A stretch of 64,000 nt of DNA from Octopus vulgaris (taxonomy: Eukaryota): contig OX597824.1 in NCBI GenBank assembly GCA_951406725.2, positions 97,898,001 through 97,962,000 of the forward strand. Reading direction: 5' to 3'. Positions within the stretch are counted from its first letter, which is position 1. Every line of letters starts with the position of its first letter. The position numbers and the translations under genes are program-made. Under the pieces are notes generated by a model. The model made no database searches. It saw nothing but the letters and a program-made list of their open reading frames with translations, and was not told the origin of the DNA. Below, piece after piece: positions 29,395 through 44,284 of this stretch.

Positions 29395-29864
29395 CTAAAA
29401 TATAAATTTGTTGTATATTTACATGTATTTCTCTCCAAGTATTTCACACGAGAGTGTGACGCGCGCGCGAGCGTGTGTGCGTGTGTGTCTGAGTACATAT
29501 TATAATAAAGGTCTTGGTATGTTTATTTTCTAATTTATAGCTTTTGTGTCGCACTTCTTGAGTGTAAAAATAAGAGGATGTGCCACAGAAGAAAGTGAAC
29601 GACGATGGTAGGAGCCGGCGGAGGGGGGGAGCGCGGGGGGGGGTCGGGGGAGAGGGCATCTCGCCAACGCTTGCACACTAACGCCTGCATACATACTCAT
29701 GCACACATCCACGCCCCACGGAGGTGATTGTGACATAATAAATTCCGACATTTTTTCCCTCTGCAATTGCCGTTTCTTCGAGATTTCCGCTTGCAAAATA
29801 ATGTATTCCCAAATCATATCGATGCGCACAATAACATACACATACATATACTAACGAGACATAT

Positions 29865-29954
<90 letters not shown>

Positions 29955-29996
29955 GCACACACACACACACACACGCACACACACACGCACAAACAC

Positions 29997-30044
<48 letters not shown>

Positions 30045-30423
30045 CTACACTTTAACCCATTCTCATATTCATATCGAATGCTGAGACATTGAAATTTAAT
30101 AGAAATGTTTTTCATAGCAGATAAGTTTTAAATTCTTCGGTATTCTTTGAATCGTAGCAATAAACCTTAGAAATTCCTCGGTTATGGTTGGAAGTTTGTA
30201 GACATCCGTGAACAATAGAATTCCTCGTCAAATTGTATTTTGTTTGACACATTTGATTATTGAGGTTGTGTCGAAGTCCACCTAGGTAGCATTGAGGGTG
30301 CAGTCTTTGGATACAACATCTCTGAAAACTATAATCCCAGTTATATACTTGTGTTTTAATGTCAAGAAGTAAGCAATCTTAACTATGCCACGAAATCGAA
30401 TACAGTTTATCGATATTATTCGA

Positions 30424-30828
30424 AAGGCGGCGAGGAGCTGGCAGAAACGTTAACACGCAGGGCGAAATGCGTAGCCGTATTTCGTCTGCCGTTACGTTCT
30501 GAGTTCAAATTCCGCCGAGGTCGACTTTGCCTTTAATCCTTTCGGGGTCGATAAATTAAGTACCAGTTATGCACTGGGGTCGATATAATCGATTTAATCC
30601 GTTTGTCTGTCCTTGTTTGTCCTCTCTGTGTTTAGCCCCTTGTGGGTAGTAAAGAAATAGGTATTTCGTCTGCCGCTACGTTCTGAGTTCAAATTCCGCC
30701 AAGGTCAACTTTACCTTTCTTCCTTTCGGGGTTGATAAATTAAGTACCAGTTGAGTACTGGGGTCAATCTAATCAACTGGCTCCCTTCTCCAAAATTTCA
30801 GACCTTGTACCTAGAGTAAAAAGGATTA
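30424..30828 (+). mobile_element. SINE family D, partially dimeric
   Basis: ggcggcgag..ctggcagaaacgtt head, gagttcaaattcc B box, cctttcggggtcgataaattaagtaccag core; the core is repeated at 30660-30828 with a different tail. Confidence 0.85.
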
Positions 30829-30996
30829 TTGTAAAGCTAAAAATATCGCTACAGAGACAAGTGGTTCTGAGTTCGGTCCCATTGCGTAGCAACTTGGGCA
30901 AGAATCTTCTATTAAAAATTTGGATTGGTTAATTCCCTCAATGAAATTTGGTGTCTTCGAGATTTACGCCGCAAAAACACAAGACAACTAATTCTC

Positions 30997-31086
<90 letters not shown>

Positions 31087-31979
31087 ACACACACACATCA
31101 AGAAATACCTATACATGCGTACATGCGCGTGCGTATTGAAAGTTGAAATATCGAAATTAAACAGAACTAAGAAATGCCAAAAGTGTTTCTTTTTCAATAT
31201 GTCTGTATGTATATGAGTATATGTATGTATGACTGTATATATAGATATCTTTTTATTATGGCCACACAGGGCTAAACACAGAAAATAGACGAAATACAAT
31301 GTAGAGTTTTAAGCATAAATCTAGTGGTAGACAGTCACCCCAGTGGCGCTTCCCCTCATATTTAATTCTCTTTGCAACCAATCTTTCAAAGTAGTTTCAA
31401 TATCAATTTAATTATTTTTACTGTACAATTCTGTATCAGGAATACGGAACATGTTATAAGTGAAAATTTGGTCGATTTCTTAATAACCATTAAAACACAA
31501 TCTGCAAGCTGCTGGCTTCACGCACGCGAAATTTCTTTCAGTCAAACTGGGGTCGATGCCACAGAGACAGAAGGCGAGTCTTAGTCTTCCAATCAAAACC
31601 AGATTTATTCAAGTTATTATTTAAATAATCTCTCAAAAGTCATTTCGCTGCATAGATCTGGTTTTGAAAGGAAGCTCTTCGTTATTTAATGTCGATTCAT
31701 AACATTTCCACGTGCTGTTGCTCTTAAAGGATTTTGGAGTCATGACTTCTGGATATTCCATTCGAACTTGACAAGGAATGGTACCTTGTCTGGGTTTTTT
31801 TATGTTTGTTTGGTTTTAGCAAACTGGATTTTATATCACTTTCACAGCAGTCAGGTAAAAGTGTGTTATTTTGAGTAGTTACATAAAATTAATCTACATT
31901 GTGTGTAGTTCTGACGATAAGCAAGTGAGAAAAATCACCGAACGCATAATACAGCATAGAAAGGAATTTTTTAACTTGA

Positions 31980-32235
31980 AAATATCAATTATCAAGAGTC
32001 GGATGGAAGAACAATCTCTGAAGCCTGATAAATAGTGTGATCCCTTCTAACCCAAACTTTACCTGAAAGATCTTTAAATGGGAATTAACAAGATACGGGG
32101 AATATAAGTGAAACATTACCATTAATAATTGAAGTACAAAGTTAAGAGAACCATAGACAAAAGCGTCATAAACGGTCAGAAACAGTCAGAAAGATGTCCA
32201 TGTTAGGCACAACCTACAGAAAACCTTTTCTCTTT
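31980..32235 (+). mobile_element. Possible R4/Dong-like LINE C-terminal remnant
   Basis: KDL.MGINKIRGI..ETLPLII..VRKMSMLGTT..RK resembles the C-terminus of R4/Dong endonucleases; very degenerate. Confidence 0.4.
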
Positions 32236-33549
32236 TACAACACAGTCGTTCATTCACTTTCCTCTCTGCTCAACTTACACAACATATTCTACACCTATCA
32301 TTCTCAGCCTGGAGCCAAATTATTCGTAGATGAGGCAGAGAGGCTTTACCTCCTTTTTAAGGGCTGTATGGAATAAATTATATATCTGGGGCCAAATAAT
32401 AGTCTGAGGAAGCCCTTGGAAATTTTGTTGCCTGTAGTCACTCCAGGCTATTGTGAGAACATAAGTCGCTTTGATAATTGGAGGAATACGGTTTCGAATC
32501 CGTTGCGGATTATCAGTTAATCTATTAAAAATAAACCTATTGTATGCGTAATTTGGTTTACCCGGAACAATGAAAGGATTCTCACACGACAGACAGCTTT
32601 TACTTTCCTGCCCTGAATTATCATCGAATGACCAACTGGAGAATTCAGGGAGTGGAAGTGGTCATCAGAAGGGCCAAATAAGAAAAGGAGAAAACCTATA
32701 GACACCCCCCCCCCGATCCGCAAACGTCTCAAATGTAGACATAATAGCAAAGCATGCAATTAGTCAAGCAGTCGCACAACAACAACAACTAAAACAATAG
32801 CAACAGCAACAACAATAGCAACAGCAACAACAATAGCAACAGCAACAACAATAGCAACAGCAACAACAACATTAGCAACCAGGCCTGTTAAGTCGCTCAC
32901 AGCAACAATAACAGCAGCAACAAGAAAAACATAAAAGTTGGGGAAGAGCAAGAACATTGGAACGAAAAATAGAGCTGTAATATTTTGCGATGAAGAGGTT
33001 GATCGTTATCATCGACCCAAGTATATGACAGGTACTTCACTTTATCAACCCTGAATGGAAGAAAAGCACAATGGAAGAAAAGCACAATTATAATAATGTT
33101 TGTAGTCAGTTGTATACCGAAGAGTTAAGAAATTTAGGCGACGCACCTTTAGGGCGGGAGTTCCAAGCTGGAGATGGGGGTGAGGTGGGAGTTAGAGTGA
33201 TGATGATGATGATGATGAATCACGATGTCGACACGACGATGATGGTGATGATGACAACGACGATGACAAGAACGATGACGGTAACGAAATTGATGGTGAT
33301 GAAACCAGTGAGTGAGTCAGTAGTTAAACGGATCTCAAAGTCTGGTTGTGATGTCGATTCTGTCAGTCTGTCAGTCTGCCAGTCAGTCTGTCTGTATAAG
33401 TGAAACCGGACCATCGGGTCCCACCCACCTACCTCCACCACCACCTCCACCACCAGACAAAATCTACCTTCCCTTTGTTTTAATATATCTCATGTGTGTA
33501 GATTCATATATTCCTGTCTTCTCTCTGTCTCTCCACCACGACTCTCTCT

Positions 33550-33605
<56 letters not shown>

Positions 33606-33627
33606 ACACACACATACATATATACAA

Positions 33628-33675
<48 letters not shown>

Positions 33676-33793
33676 ATATATATATATCTATTCATACATT
33701 TTATAGTTATATAGGTATATGTAAATACATGTGAGTCTATATAAGTATACGAATGTATACGTATGTATATATACGTGTATATATATATATGTA

Positions 33794-33861
<68 letters not shown>

Positions 33862-34496
33862 CATATTTATATATGAATGTGTTTCTGGTTTGAGTCTGTG
33901 TGTAGTCATACATCTATGAGTAGTGTGTGGCGAGGATGAGTTGTCTTACTGCGCAGAGGTTTTCTCATGAACAAGACGAGATGAGGGAGGGATAGAGGGA
34001 GGAGAAGCAAGCGTTGGGGTGGGAGGCGTTTAAGATGTGAGTTTTGCAGATCGTCTTTCTGGTATGAATAAATATAAACAGACGAAATAGCTGGGGGGGG
34101 GGGGGGAGTGAGCAGAAGGGACAGGAATGGTAGGGAGAGGAGGGAGAGGTCAGAGGATAGAAGCGATAAGGAGAAGGAGGAAGCAAAGTAAGGCTCTTTA
34201 AGCTGTATATCATGAGGAAGTGGGAAGAGGGAGGGGAGATATTGGTTTTTGACAAAGAGTCCCTAAAGGGAAGCAGGGAAAGAGTGAGAGGGGGAGAGAG
34301 GGGAAGAGTGAGAGGTTTCACTTGCGTATGTGTGTGTGTTCCGCATGCTGCTGACGTGTATGTGTATGCATGTCCGCCTGTATGTGTGGGTGTGTGCATT
34401 AGAAGCATGTGTATATGAATACACGCAGGGTGTATACATATCTATACACGTATATATACACCGAGGAGTACACACTCCCGTTCATACCCATAGACG

Positions 34497-34690
34497 TCCT
34501 TTGATCTTGGGCCGGTTTCAGTCATTAGACTGCGGCCACGCTGGAGCAACGAATGAATCGAGCTCACTACTCATTTTTCTTTAAAGCTTGCTACTTATTT
34601 TTTTGGGTTTTTTTGCCGAACCGCAAAGTTACAGGGACGTAAATCAACCAACACTACAGTCAAGCAGTGGGGGGAGGGAAACACAAACAC
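34497..34690 (-). mobile_element. SINE family A tail, degenerate
   Basis: gtttcagtcattagactgcggccacgctggagca..ttttgccgaaccgc. Confidence 0.65.
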
Positions 34691-35036
34691 ACACATACAT
34701 ACATCTATATAAATATACGTATGCATGTATTTATATGTGTGTGTATGTGTGTGTGTGTGTGTGTGTGTGTACGTGTATGTATATATATAAAGTGGAACAA
34801 AAATGCAATACAGGACAATAAAACATCCAGGCAAGTAGACAATACAAAGGCGGACAGGTCATTCGTGGCTTTCCTTCGTCAGTCAAGTTTCCAGATTGTC
34901 CTTACAGTTTCGAGCAGTTACACTTGAGACTGTTCAAATCTGGCTGGGCCCAAGAAAATCGAAGCTAAGAGCATTAGGTTTTTTGTAAGAAAGCAAGTGA
35001 ATGTGTACGACAACAAAGAGAAAAGGAGAGATAGAA

Positions 35037-35137
<101 letters not shown>

Positions 35138-35845
35138 ATTGTAGAATCGTAGAATTATAGATTCGTAGAATTGTAGAATCGTATTCATAGTGTTGCAATG
35201 ATCTGATAAGTTAGTTTGCTTTATTTGCATTGATTTCTGAACATACAATTGTCTTGTATAAAAGCTGAACATTGATGTAAACATGGACGTACAGCATTTT
35301 GCAAAACGGCCATAATTATAAAGAAGTTATGTAGGGAAATAATCTGTGTTCACCTCTCGCGCATTCTCTGATTATGTTCTCTACTCCACACGGAAAAAAA
35401 ATTATTTTTCGGATTTGCTCGATTTTCCGTTACACGGACACATTACGTCACACTTCTTTGGAATTGTTTAGCGGGCGTGATAGTGTCTGACTCTATCTCC
35501 GGAAGATGCGAAAGCAAGTTGTCACATGGCTCTGTGGTGATGGTCGTAAAGGTTTCCGCTGGTTAGTGAGCAGTGTATACATGTGGCCGCCCCATTCTGC
35601 TTCTTCCAGGAATATTAGTAATCAAACGACATCGCTCTCACTAAAGCATTCTCGCGGGTTAAAATGGTTAATGACTTACACTAAAATGTTCACCTTTGAA
35701 GCTTTCAAAATGAAAATCTGGAATTTGCAAACAGGTAGATTTTCATATCTTAGAGATGACGTGCCGTCGAGGTTGGTTTAAGTCGAAGGCTGTCAGCATA
35801 CCTATTTTGTGCATTTTGAAACTAAGAATTGGAAAAGTGGTGATA

Positions 35846-35879
<34 letters not shown>

Positions 35880-36074
35880 CGACGACGACGATGATGATGA
35901 TTACGATGATGATGATGATTGTGACAGCTCATCTGTATGGGCAGATGGAGAAGCCACTGGATTTCCAAATAATGACTTTTCTGTTTCATACATTTTTTGA
36001 TTTATTTCTTTAAACACATCTTGTTAAGATGTTTCGTTTTCTCTGATTAGTTTACCCTTCACCACGTAAATGTC

Positions 36075-36780
36075 CATTTTATTTTATTTTTCTTGTCCAT
36101 TCATAAAACTGCGTTGCTCTAAACCTTTCAGCCATTCCCTTATCAAAAGAGAGACTCTTTCGGTTACATTTTCCTTATTTTTATCACTAATCTCTTCTTC
36201 TCACGCTTATTGCATTGGATTTACCATTATCTGCACAATTTCTGAGTCAGTACAACGATGAGCCATCGCTGCCTCTTCATCTACATCCATCCGTTCTCCC
36301 AATATCATCCTTCGGCCATCTTCGATGCAATTGGGTCAGTTAAATAATGACCATAACAAAACAACTGATGAACATTGGTTTCCTTTCGAAGCCCTAAACC
36401 TCGTAAGATCATTCCCAATGTCTTCGTCAGGTTCTTAGATTCAAATATCAACTCAGAAAACATTTTATGCCATCCATTTTACCGTGTAGATGCTTCTACA
36501 GACGTTCCAGCATTAACAAACGCCAAATTGTTTCTTTCACATTAAATTCCTTAAGAAACTCTTGAACTAATCTTCCGAAGCCAACAGCATTCAATAGGGG
36601 TCACGTTGAAAGGATGCTATATTTGGCCTTAAAGGAATGAAGTTTGCCATTGTCTTGGGGCTGGTTTAGTGCTGTTGCAGCAAGATGGAAGGTAAATCCC
36701 CAAAGCGTTGTTCTTTACCCGGAATTCTACTTTCGGATGTGCAGAAACCTTTATCTAAGATAAGTATTATCTAACAGATG
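36075..36780 (-). mobile_element. pogo/Tigger (CENP-B-like DDE) transposase remnant
   Basis: Minus strand: LLDN..SAHP..IYLP, TALNQPQDNG..SFKAKY, FLKEFNVKETIW..NGWHKM. Confidence 0.55.
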
Positions 36781-36789
36781 TAGTTCAGA

Positions 36790-36998
36790 ACAACAGATCC
36801 ACAGAGAGGACAAACAAGGACAGACAAATGGATTAAGTCGGTTACATCGACCCCAGTGCGTAACTGGTACTTTATTTATCGACCCCGAAAGGATGAAAGG
36901 CAAAGTCGACCTCGGCGGAATTTGAACTCAGAACGTAACGGCAGACGAAATACCGCTAAGCATTTCGTGCTAACGTTTCTGCCAGCTCCTCGCCGCCT
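36790..36998 (-). mobile_element. SINE family D
   Basis: Reverse complement of the first monomer at 30424-30630. Confidence 0.85.
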
Positions 36999-37429
36999 TA
37001 GGCATTATATAATGTGATCACTTGCTTCGTTTCTCCTTCGTCAGCCGGTCGGACAGGGAGGTTGGTGTGAGAAAAATTTCCAGCGGACCAAAACTCTCTC
37101 GGAAGCCGAGTGACGTAACAGTCCATAACGAAAAGGAAAACGTCGAGGCAGCGACGCTGCTCCAAATACTGGCGAAATCTATTCCAATTCGCTATCACAG
37201 CTGATGAGCTTCGTTATTACGTTTGCCTCATAATTTTCGACAGTCCTCCCGCCCACCACCACCGTCAACGATTAATAATGATTCATTTTGACTCGAGGGA
37301 AAAAGGAACGGTTATTGTAGCGGAGAAGTGCTCGGTTGTTCGTCTCGTCTTTAACCTTTAAATGTCGATGATGCTTCGACTCAGAAAGAGCCTCACGAAA
37401 TCTTCAGTCGCTGAAGTACTTTAAGCATT

Positions 37430-38622
<1,193 letters not shown>

Positions 38623-38645
38623 ATATATATATATATATATATATA

Positions 38646-38933
38646 TCAAAAGAAAAACAGGATGCAAAGGATTTAGCGGTACATATGTTTCTGGCTTTTA
38701 TTAAACAGTTTATATCAATGCATAATTGATGTAATATGTATGTCAATAGCCTTCTTCAGCCGCGTACTATTACCACTCCAAGGACATGTATTACATTATA
38801 AGTTTGGACAGTAATGTAATACATGTCCTTGGAGTGGTAATTGTACGCGGCTGAAGAAGGCTATTGACATACATATTACATCAATTATGCATTGATATAA
38901 ACTGTCTAATAAAAGCCAGAAACATATGTACCG

Positions 38934-38936
<3 letters not shown>
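38646..38936. mobile_element. Fold-back element with hammerhead-like motif in both arms, in (TA)n
   Basis: Arms 38674-38798 and 38812-38936 (~125 bp, 13-nt loop). Right arm reads GCGG-CTGAAGA-AGGCT...AGCCA-GAAA-CATAT-GTA-CCGC (38847-38934); helix III palindrome ACATATGT. Confidence 0.8.
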
Positions 38937-38992
<56 letters not shown>

Positions 38993-39018
38993 AAAAGCAA
39001 CAAGAATGGATCAATATA

Positions 39019-39103
39019 TCGGTACAATTGTTTCGTACGAAGACATCTTTAATAAGGCTACAAAAATTGCAGTAAATATAGGTGGCTCGTACTCATCAGC
39101 CGA
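39019..39103 (-). ncRNA. Inverted copy of the same hammerhead ribozyme
   Basis: Near-perfect reverse complement of 39323-39407, in the left arm of the fold-back. Confidence 0.85.
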
Positions 39104-39322
39104 AAAAACATCCGAGATTCCCAAACATCAAAGGGGGTAATGTTACACTCGTGAAACATCATGGAAAGTTCTATAAAAATGAGAATTTAGATAACAAATT
39201 GGTTTCTAAAAGTTCAATTAGTATTACACAGTCATATATCAGGTTTTTAAAAAAATTTTTCAAAACCTCTTAGTTTTCCAGAAAGTGAAGATGAAAGTGA
39301 AGATGAAAGTGAAGATGTTTTT

Positions 39323-39407
39323 TCGGCTGATGAGTACGAGCCACCTATATTTACTGCAATTTTTGTAACCTTATTAAAGATGTCTTCGTACGAAACAATT
39401 GTACCGA
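39323..39407 (+). ncRNA. Hammerhead ribozyme with canonical core
   Basis: TCGG-CTGATGA-GTACGA...TCGTAC-GAAA-CAATT-GTA-CCGA: helix I TCGG/CCGA, 6-bp helix II, palindromic helix III ACAATTGT, GUA cleavage triplet. Confidence 0.85.
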
Positions 39408-39525
39408 TATATTGATCCATTCTTGTTGCTTTTTTCCTATTTGTAATCAAATATAGATTTCCGGTGCATCCAAGTTAAGTACCATATTCATGTGAATTCA
39501 ATTGAACTCGCTTGAATCTTAATTG

Positions 39526-39612
<87 letters not shown>

Positions 39613-39641
39613 ATATATATGCATGTATATATATATGAATG

Positions 39642-39672
<31 letters not shown>

Positions 39673-39695
39673 ATATATATGCATGTATATATATA

Positions 39696-39801
<106 letters not shown>

Positions 39802-40056
39802 TAGATATATATAATATATATATAAATGCATATATGGGTACGGGACGTCACCAACTGTGCACGTAACATGAAATACGTAAACAAACGAAGGGAAAAACAA
39901 GTGAAATACATAAACAAGAAATAAAAATGGAAAACAGGACAAGTTGTCGGCTGTGTATCTACTCCTCATTTCGAATATGTGTGTGTGTATATATATATGT
40001 ATATGTATGTATGTATATGTATATGTATGTATGTATATGTATATGTATGTATGTAT

Positions 40057-40265
40057 TTGTGTGTGTGTTTGTCCCCACCATCGCTTGATAACCGACGCTG
40101 GTGTGTTTACGTCCTCGTAACTTAGCGGTTCGGCAAAAGGGCCCAATAGAATAAGTACTAGGCTTAGAAAGAATAAGTCCTGGGGTCGAGTTGTTCGACT
40201 AAAGACGGTGCTCCAGCATGGCCGCAGTCAAAAAATGACTGGAACAAGTAAAAGAATAAAAGAAT
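40057..40265 (+). mobile_element. SINE family A tail
   Basis: gtccccaccatcgcttgataacc...caagtaaaagaataaaagaat. Confidence 0.8.
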
Positions 40266-40279
40266 TTATAAAGTCAGCT

Positions 40280-40700
40280 GTCTCTCCTCCCTCTCTCTTT
40301 CTCCCTCTCACTCTCTTTCTGTCTCGCTCTGTCTCTCTCTTTCTCTCTTCCTCTCTCTTTTACCCTTTCTCTTTCTTTCTTTCTCTCTTATTCTCTCTCT
40401 TTGTCACACTTTCTTTCTCTTTTTCTCTTTCTCTGTCTCTCCCACTCTTTCTCTTTCTCTGTCTCTCCCACTCTTTCTCTCTCTCTTTCTCTCTTCCTTT
40501 CTCTCTCTCTTTCACTCTTCCTCTCTCTCCCTCTTTCTCTCTTCCTTTCTCTCTCTCTTTCACTCTTCCTCTCTCTCCCTCTTTCTCTCTTCCTTTCTCT
40601 CTCTCTTTCACTCTTCCTCTCTCTCTCTTTCTCTCTTCCTTTCTCTCTCTCTTTCACTCTTCCTCTCTCTCCCTCTTTCTCTCTTCCTTTCTCTCTCCCT
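40280..40700. repeat. Polypyrimidine tract with ~48-bp minisatellite
   Basis: ttcactcttcctctct recurs at ~40511, 40559, 40607 and 40653. Confidence 0.9.
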
Positions 40701-41090
40701 GATTAGAGAAAGCGGTGACAGACACACAGACAAAGAAATACAAGAAATTAAATGACTGTCGGGTTGTCTGGTTCTTGGACCAAACCGTTGGTTGTCCGCC
40801 TGCCCGCCCGCCCGCCCGCCCGCCCGCCCGCCTGCCTGCCAGCCCGCCTGCTTGGCCGGGTGGACGTGCGAGTTGATGGTTTACGTACGACGAAAGTATC
40901 TGCTGCACAACCATAATACACTATTGTTACACAATACATCCCGACTTGAATATATTAACGAATATATAGGCTTGAGATGGGGTAGGGGCGGGAGAGAGTA
41001 TGATGGATTAGTGGCGACAGACAGACAGACAAACAGACAGGCAGACAGACAGACAGACAGGCAGACAGGCAGATAGATAGGTAGGTAGAT

Positions 41091-41156
<66 letters not shown>

Positions 41157-42167
41157 TCAATAGAAAACTGCAAAATTCCCAGAAGACTTTGAAATAATGA
41201 AAGTATGAGACGGGTGTGGGTCGGGGGTGTTTAAAGCTGATTTAAAGAAAGTGAAAAAATATATTTTAAAAGACTGGGGTGTGGTGAGAGCGGTGGTGGT
41301 GGTGGGGGTGGTGTATAAAGGATCCAGAATAACAATGTCGGACTGTTCTGTAATATAGAGTAAGGGTTAGGGTTAGGATAGGGAGGGAGGAAAGAAAGGA
41401 AGTAGGAAAGAAAGAAAGAAAGAAAGAAAGAAAGACAAAATGTGAGAACAAATACAAGAAACGATGGGTGGTGGTAGTGGTGGTGAGGGGTCCATCCACC
41501 CCACCCCCCGCTGGCAGTGTTACGAAACTTACTCCACACAAAACGGGTGGGAGGTGAGGCGGACGGTGTGAATATATGACCGTGTCTCTTCAATTAATTA
41601 ATTGCTATGATTTTTGTTGTTGTAGTTGTTGTTGTTACGACAGGAGAAACGCCGCCGCCGCCGCCGCCATTGCAGTAAAAGAAAGACGAAACATTGTTTG
41701 TAAGACGGTCTTCTCTCTCTTTTCGACCCATTAATAAAGAACTCCGAAACGCCAACCCTTGCTGCCACCCCGCCGCCCAAAGCCACCCCTTACACCAACA
41801 CAACCATCGTTCTCACACATACACATACGCACACACACACACGCAAACACATACACATACACACACACAAGCACACGTCTTCCCCACCCGCAAGATACGT
41901 TTCCATCTTTAACTGTCTGGGTGGTCATATTTCGTTCCGCGAATCTCGGGTGGATGATGAGAAGGAGGAGGAGGAAGTGGAGGAGACGTAGCCTGCTAAC
42001 TTACCAATTAGTCTACCCGTCTTTATTCAGTAGGTTATCCGTCTAATTGAAGGTAGAAGGGGTCGTTTTTGTTGTTGTCGTCGTTGTTGTTGTTGGGGGG
42101 GGGGGAGACTCTTGTTTTTGTTTATTAGTGTTATGATTGTTTATTTTTCTGTTTGAAAAGCACTGTA

Positions 42168-42258
<91 letters not shown>

Positions 42259-42274
42259 CTGTGTGTGTGTGTGT

Positions 42275-42487
42275 GGAGGCGCATGGCTCATTAGAGCGTC
42301 GAGCTTACGATCGTGAGGTTGTGAGTTCGAATCCCGACCGGGCTGCGTGTTGTGTTCTTGAGCAAAGCACTTTATTTCACGTTGCTCCAGTATCAGCTGT
42401 ATATTGCGACGTCATATATATATAACACTGGTGGCAGATAGAAATGTATATATACTGGTCTTCCATAAAACAACCTTGTTGTGCCTC
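42275..42487 (+). mobile_element. SINE family B, internally deleted
   Basis: Head nearly identical to the 15197 copy; ctggtcttccataaaacaaccttg tail piece. Confidence 0.75.
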
Positions 42488-42507
42488 ATATATATGCACA
42501 TATATAT

Positions 42508-42635
<128 letters not shown>

Positions 42636-42913
42636 GTGTGTGTATATATATATGTATATATACATATATATATATGTATGCATGTTTGTATGTATATTAT
42701 ATGTGTGCGTATATATATACATACATATATATATGTATGAATGTATATATGTGTGTGTATATATATATGTATATATATGCATATATATGTATATATATGC
42801 ATATATATGCATATATATGTATATATATATGCATACATATGTATATATGTATATGTATGTATATACATATATATATAGAGAGAGACAGAGAGACAGAGAG
42901 AGAGAGAGAGACT

Positions 42914-43265
42914 GGAGGCGCAGTGGCCCAGTGTTTAAGGCAGCAGACTCATGGTCATAGGATCGCGGTTTCGATTCCCAGACCGGGCGTTGAGAGTATT
43001 TATTGACCAAAAACACCTAAAGCTCCTCGAGGCTCCAGCAGCGGGTGGTAGTGAACTTTACTGTACTCTTTCACCACAACTTTCTCTCACCCTTTCTTCC
43101 TGTTTCTGTTGTACCTGTATTTCAAAGGGCCACCCTTGTCACACTCTGTGTCACGCTGAATCTCCCCCGAGAACTACGTTAAGGGTACACGTGTCTGTGG
43201 AGTGCTCAGCCACTTGCACGTTAATTTCACGAGCAGGCTGTTCCGTTGCAACCGACGGAGTGCCG
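42914..43265 (+). mobile_element. tRNA-derived SINE family C (tail type 1)
   Basis: ggaggcgcagtggcccagtg...gtttcgattcccagaccgggcg head; body ctctttcaccacaactttctctcac. Confidence 0.8.
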
Positions 43266-43413
43266 CGAAGGATATATATACATATATAGATATATCTATA
43301 TATATGTATGTGTATACACGCACATATATAGATATAAAGATATGTTATAATAATACATGCTTGTTGTCTACACCATCCGTCTTCGTCTTTTGTTTTCTTG
43401 TGAATTCTCCCTT

Positions 43414-43576
<163 letters not shown>

Positions 43577-44284
43577 GTGTGTGTACATATACATATGTGT
43601 GTGTGTGATCATTATATTGTAATAAAAACATAAAAGTGTTCAATACAAATTTATTTCGGAACGGTGTGTAATCTAATGTATATTTATATGCTTTAATATA
43701 TGTTAATATATGCAAATTAAAAATAGATTACATAACCGAGACCATGGTTTCACTCGGTCGGTCGTCTGTACACGTGATCGGATTTGAAAGTAATATAAGA
43801 TGATTCACCACTGGCTGTGTGTCGGGGGTGCAGAAGACGGATATCGCCCGCAAGGAATCGGGATAAAATGTTAACTTTTTTAATTCTCAAAGAATTTGAG
43901 CATTTGTTAAGGAATCAAAATTAGTTCGTATGAGTTCTTCAAGGAACCTAACGCTACCCCATGGTGCATCAACAGCTAATGCAATTACACAATAAACATC
44001 ACTAAACATGTTCTAGCAAATAGCGGACAATTACATTGTTCTCGGAAGAACCCACCTTCAATGAAGGTTGAATGAACCATTACATGTAGCAGATAGCAAG
44101 AGAGAATAAAATACTTGGCAAACAAACAACAACACCCGAATAATACCCGGAAAGTGGATATTATTCAAAATTAGTCTTGTAAGAAATTTCTTCTCACTGA
44201 CCGGAAAATATTTTCCCGAATGGCGATAAAGTCTATAAAATAGTAATGTACGTTACAGTTGCCATGCATTTTGCTGAAAGATAG

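Larger units (their letters stand above)
38991..39527 (+). mobile_element. Non-autonomous PLE-type fold-back element in (TA)n
   Basis: Arm ~38991-39112 is the reverse complement of ~39314-39437; both contain the HHR. A unique tail runs to 39527 and (TA)n lies on both sides. Confidence 0.8.

Noticed and set aside
37198-37245. CTGATGAG at 37201 and CTGACGA at 10741 as hammerheads
   Set aside because: No helix II partner placed before a GAAA, and no helix I.
41361-41383. TTAGGG-like telomeric repeats
   Set aside because: Only about two exact units; compatible with chance.
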